Source of the DNA: Squalus acanthias
Lineage: Eukaryota
Direction: 5' to 3'
NCBI GenBank assembly: GCA_030390025.1
Contig: CM059432.1
Coordinates: 58,592,001-58,656,000 of the forward strand
Length of the DNA stretch: 64,000 nt
Positions 62,200 through 64,000 of the stretch are shown here, piece by piece. Position 1 is the first letter of the stretch, and the number at the start of each line of letters is the position of its first letter. A program made the position numbers and the translations under genes. The notes below the pieces were generated by a model that saw nothing but the letters and a program-made list of their open reading frames with translations, was not told the DNA's origin and searched no databases.

Positions 62200-64000
62200 A
62201 CAGACCATGCTGCTCCCGTCATGATGTTTCAGAGCTGGGAACAATATTCTCGTGGGGAGGTTTGCTCGTGCTGTTGGAGTTTAGAATGCATGTACGTAAA
62301 TGCACAAAGTGTGGTGAATAAGGTTGGTGAGCTACAAGCACAATTAGCCGTGTGGCAATATGATGTTATGGCAAAACAGAAACGTGGCTTAAAAATGGTG
62401 AGGACTGGGCACTTAATATTCAAGGGTACAAGGTGTTCAGAAAAGATAGGGAAGGAAAAAAGGGAGGTGGGGTGGCAGTGCTGATTAAGGAAGACATTGT
62501 AGTTTTGGAAAGGGAGGATGTTCTTGAGGGGACAAGGACAGAATCCATTTGGTTAGAGTTGAGGAGCAAAAAGGGTATGATCACGCTATTGGGGGTATTC
62601 TATAGGCCTCCAAATAGTGAGAGGGAGGTAGAGGAGCAAATATGCAGGGAAATCACAAAGATATGCAAGAGCTATAGAGTGGTGATATTGGGGGACTTTA
62701 ATTACCCAAATATCGATTGGGATAATGCTAGGGTAAAGGGAAAGGAGGGGGAGGAATCTCTGAAATGTGTTCAGGAGAATTTCCTTGACCAATATGTTCT
62801 TGGCCCAACTAGGAAGGAGGCATTGCTGGATCTGGTGCTGGGGAATGAGGTGGGTTAGGTCGACCAAGTGTCTGTGGGAAAACACTTGGGTATGAGTGAT
62901 CATCGTATCATAAGATTTAGATTAGCAATGAAGAGGAGCAAGGAACAATCTAGAGTGGAACTTCTAAACTGGAATAGGGCTAACTTCAATGGGGTGCGAA
63001 AGGATCTAGCCAGGGTAAAATGGAACCAAAGACTGACAGGAAAAACTGTAACGGAACAATGGGTGATCTTTAAGGAGGAGATGTTCCAAGTACAGGCTAG
63101 GTACATTCCAACAAGAGAGAAGGGTAAGGGAACCAATGCAAGGGCTCCTTGGATGACGAGGGAGAGAGAGAAGATGATGAAACAAAAAAAGAGAGTGTAT
63201 GATGCATGTCAGGTGAATTCTTCAAGGAAGAACCAGACCAAATACAATAAGTTGAGAGGGGATGTGAAGATGAAAATACGATTGGCAAAGAGAGAATATG
63301 AGAGTAGAATGGCGGTTAACATAAAAGGGAACCCAAAAATCTTCTACCGGCATGTAAACAGTAAGCGAGTAGTAAGAGGCGGGGTGGGGCCTATTAGAGA
63401 CAAAGAAGGTGATATATGCTTTGAGGCGCAGGGTAAGGCTAGAATACTCAATGAGCACTCTGTATCGGTGTTTACTAAGGAGGTGGATGCTGACAAAATA
63501 TCGGTAGAAGTGGAAAAGGTAGAAGCAATGGAAGGGGTAAAAATTGATAGACAGGATGTACTAGAAAGGTTGGGTATGCTTAGAGTGGACAAGTTGCCTG
63601 GTCCAGATGGTTTGCATCCCAGGTTGCTAAGGGAATTGGGGGAGGAGAAAGCAGAAGGGCTTGCCATAATTTTCCAATCTTCCCCAGATGCGGGGGAGGT
63701 GCCTGAGGATTGGAAAGTGGCAAATGTGACACCATTGTTCAAGAAAGGGTGTAAGGACAATCCTAGTAACTACAGGCCGGTCAGTTTAACATCAGTGGTG
63801 GGTAAAGTTTTAGAAACAATGATCAATGAAAAAATTAACGGGCACTTGGAGAGGTTTAAGCTAATTGAAGAGAGCCAACACGGGTTTGTAAAAGGAAAAT
63901 CGTGTTTGACTAATCTAATTGAATTTTTTGATGAAGTAACAGACAGGATTGATGAAGGGAATGCAATGGATGTTGTCTACATGGATTTTCGGAAGGCGTT
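62200..64000 (+). mobile_element. CR1 LINE ORF2 (APE endonuclease plus start of RT), continues beyond the window
   Basis: CMYVNAQS, RKDREGKKGGGVA, FYRPP, ILGDFNYPNIDW, LDLVLGN, SDH, PGPDGLHPRLL, NYRPVSLTS, YMDFRKA; stops and frameshifts. Confidence 0.95.

Noticed and set aside
1..64000. tRNA, rRNA, CRISPR or prokaryotic operons
   Set aside because: None seen; the remaining short ORFs are antisense or off-frame readings of repeats, or chance ORFs

Overview
Repeat-dominated vertebrate genomic DNA, most likely from a shark or other cartilaginous fish (Deu-domain SacSINE1-like SINE, abundant CR1 LINEs, shark-type Penelope-derived palindromes). No host protein-coding gene can be called with confidence; only a few isolated candidate exons are visible. 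The window is a dense nest of PIF/Harbinger DNA transposons: five two-gene elements or deletion derivatives (A-E; a 3-exon Myb/SANT gene facing a HARBI1-like DDE nuclease gene tail-to-tail), two further decayed nuclease remnants and about a dozen non-autonomous derivatives with GGG/GGC-starting TIRs and 3-bp TSDs. These are interleaved with decayed CR1 LINEs, a second CR1/L2-group LINE family, a Vingi LINE, a Tc1/mariner-type MITE and a hexamer minisatellite. Most notable: (i) the Vingi copy has a clean twin-priming 5' inversion inside a 12-bp TSD; (ii) many non-autonomous elements share a splice donor followed by a GGAG-loop hairpin; (iii) several Harbinger insertion sites share an A(A/G)ACAC-NNN context and the elements nest inside one another; (iv) local inverted and direct duplications occur at element junctions. 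All family assignments are by eye without database searches, and coordinates of old fragments are approximate.
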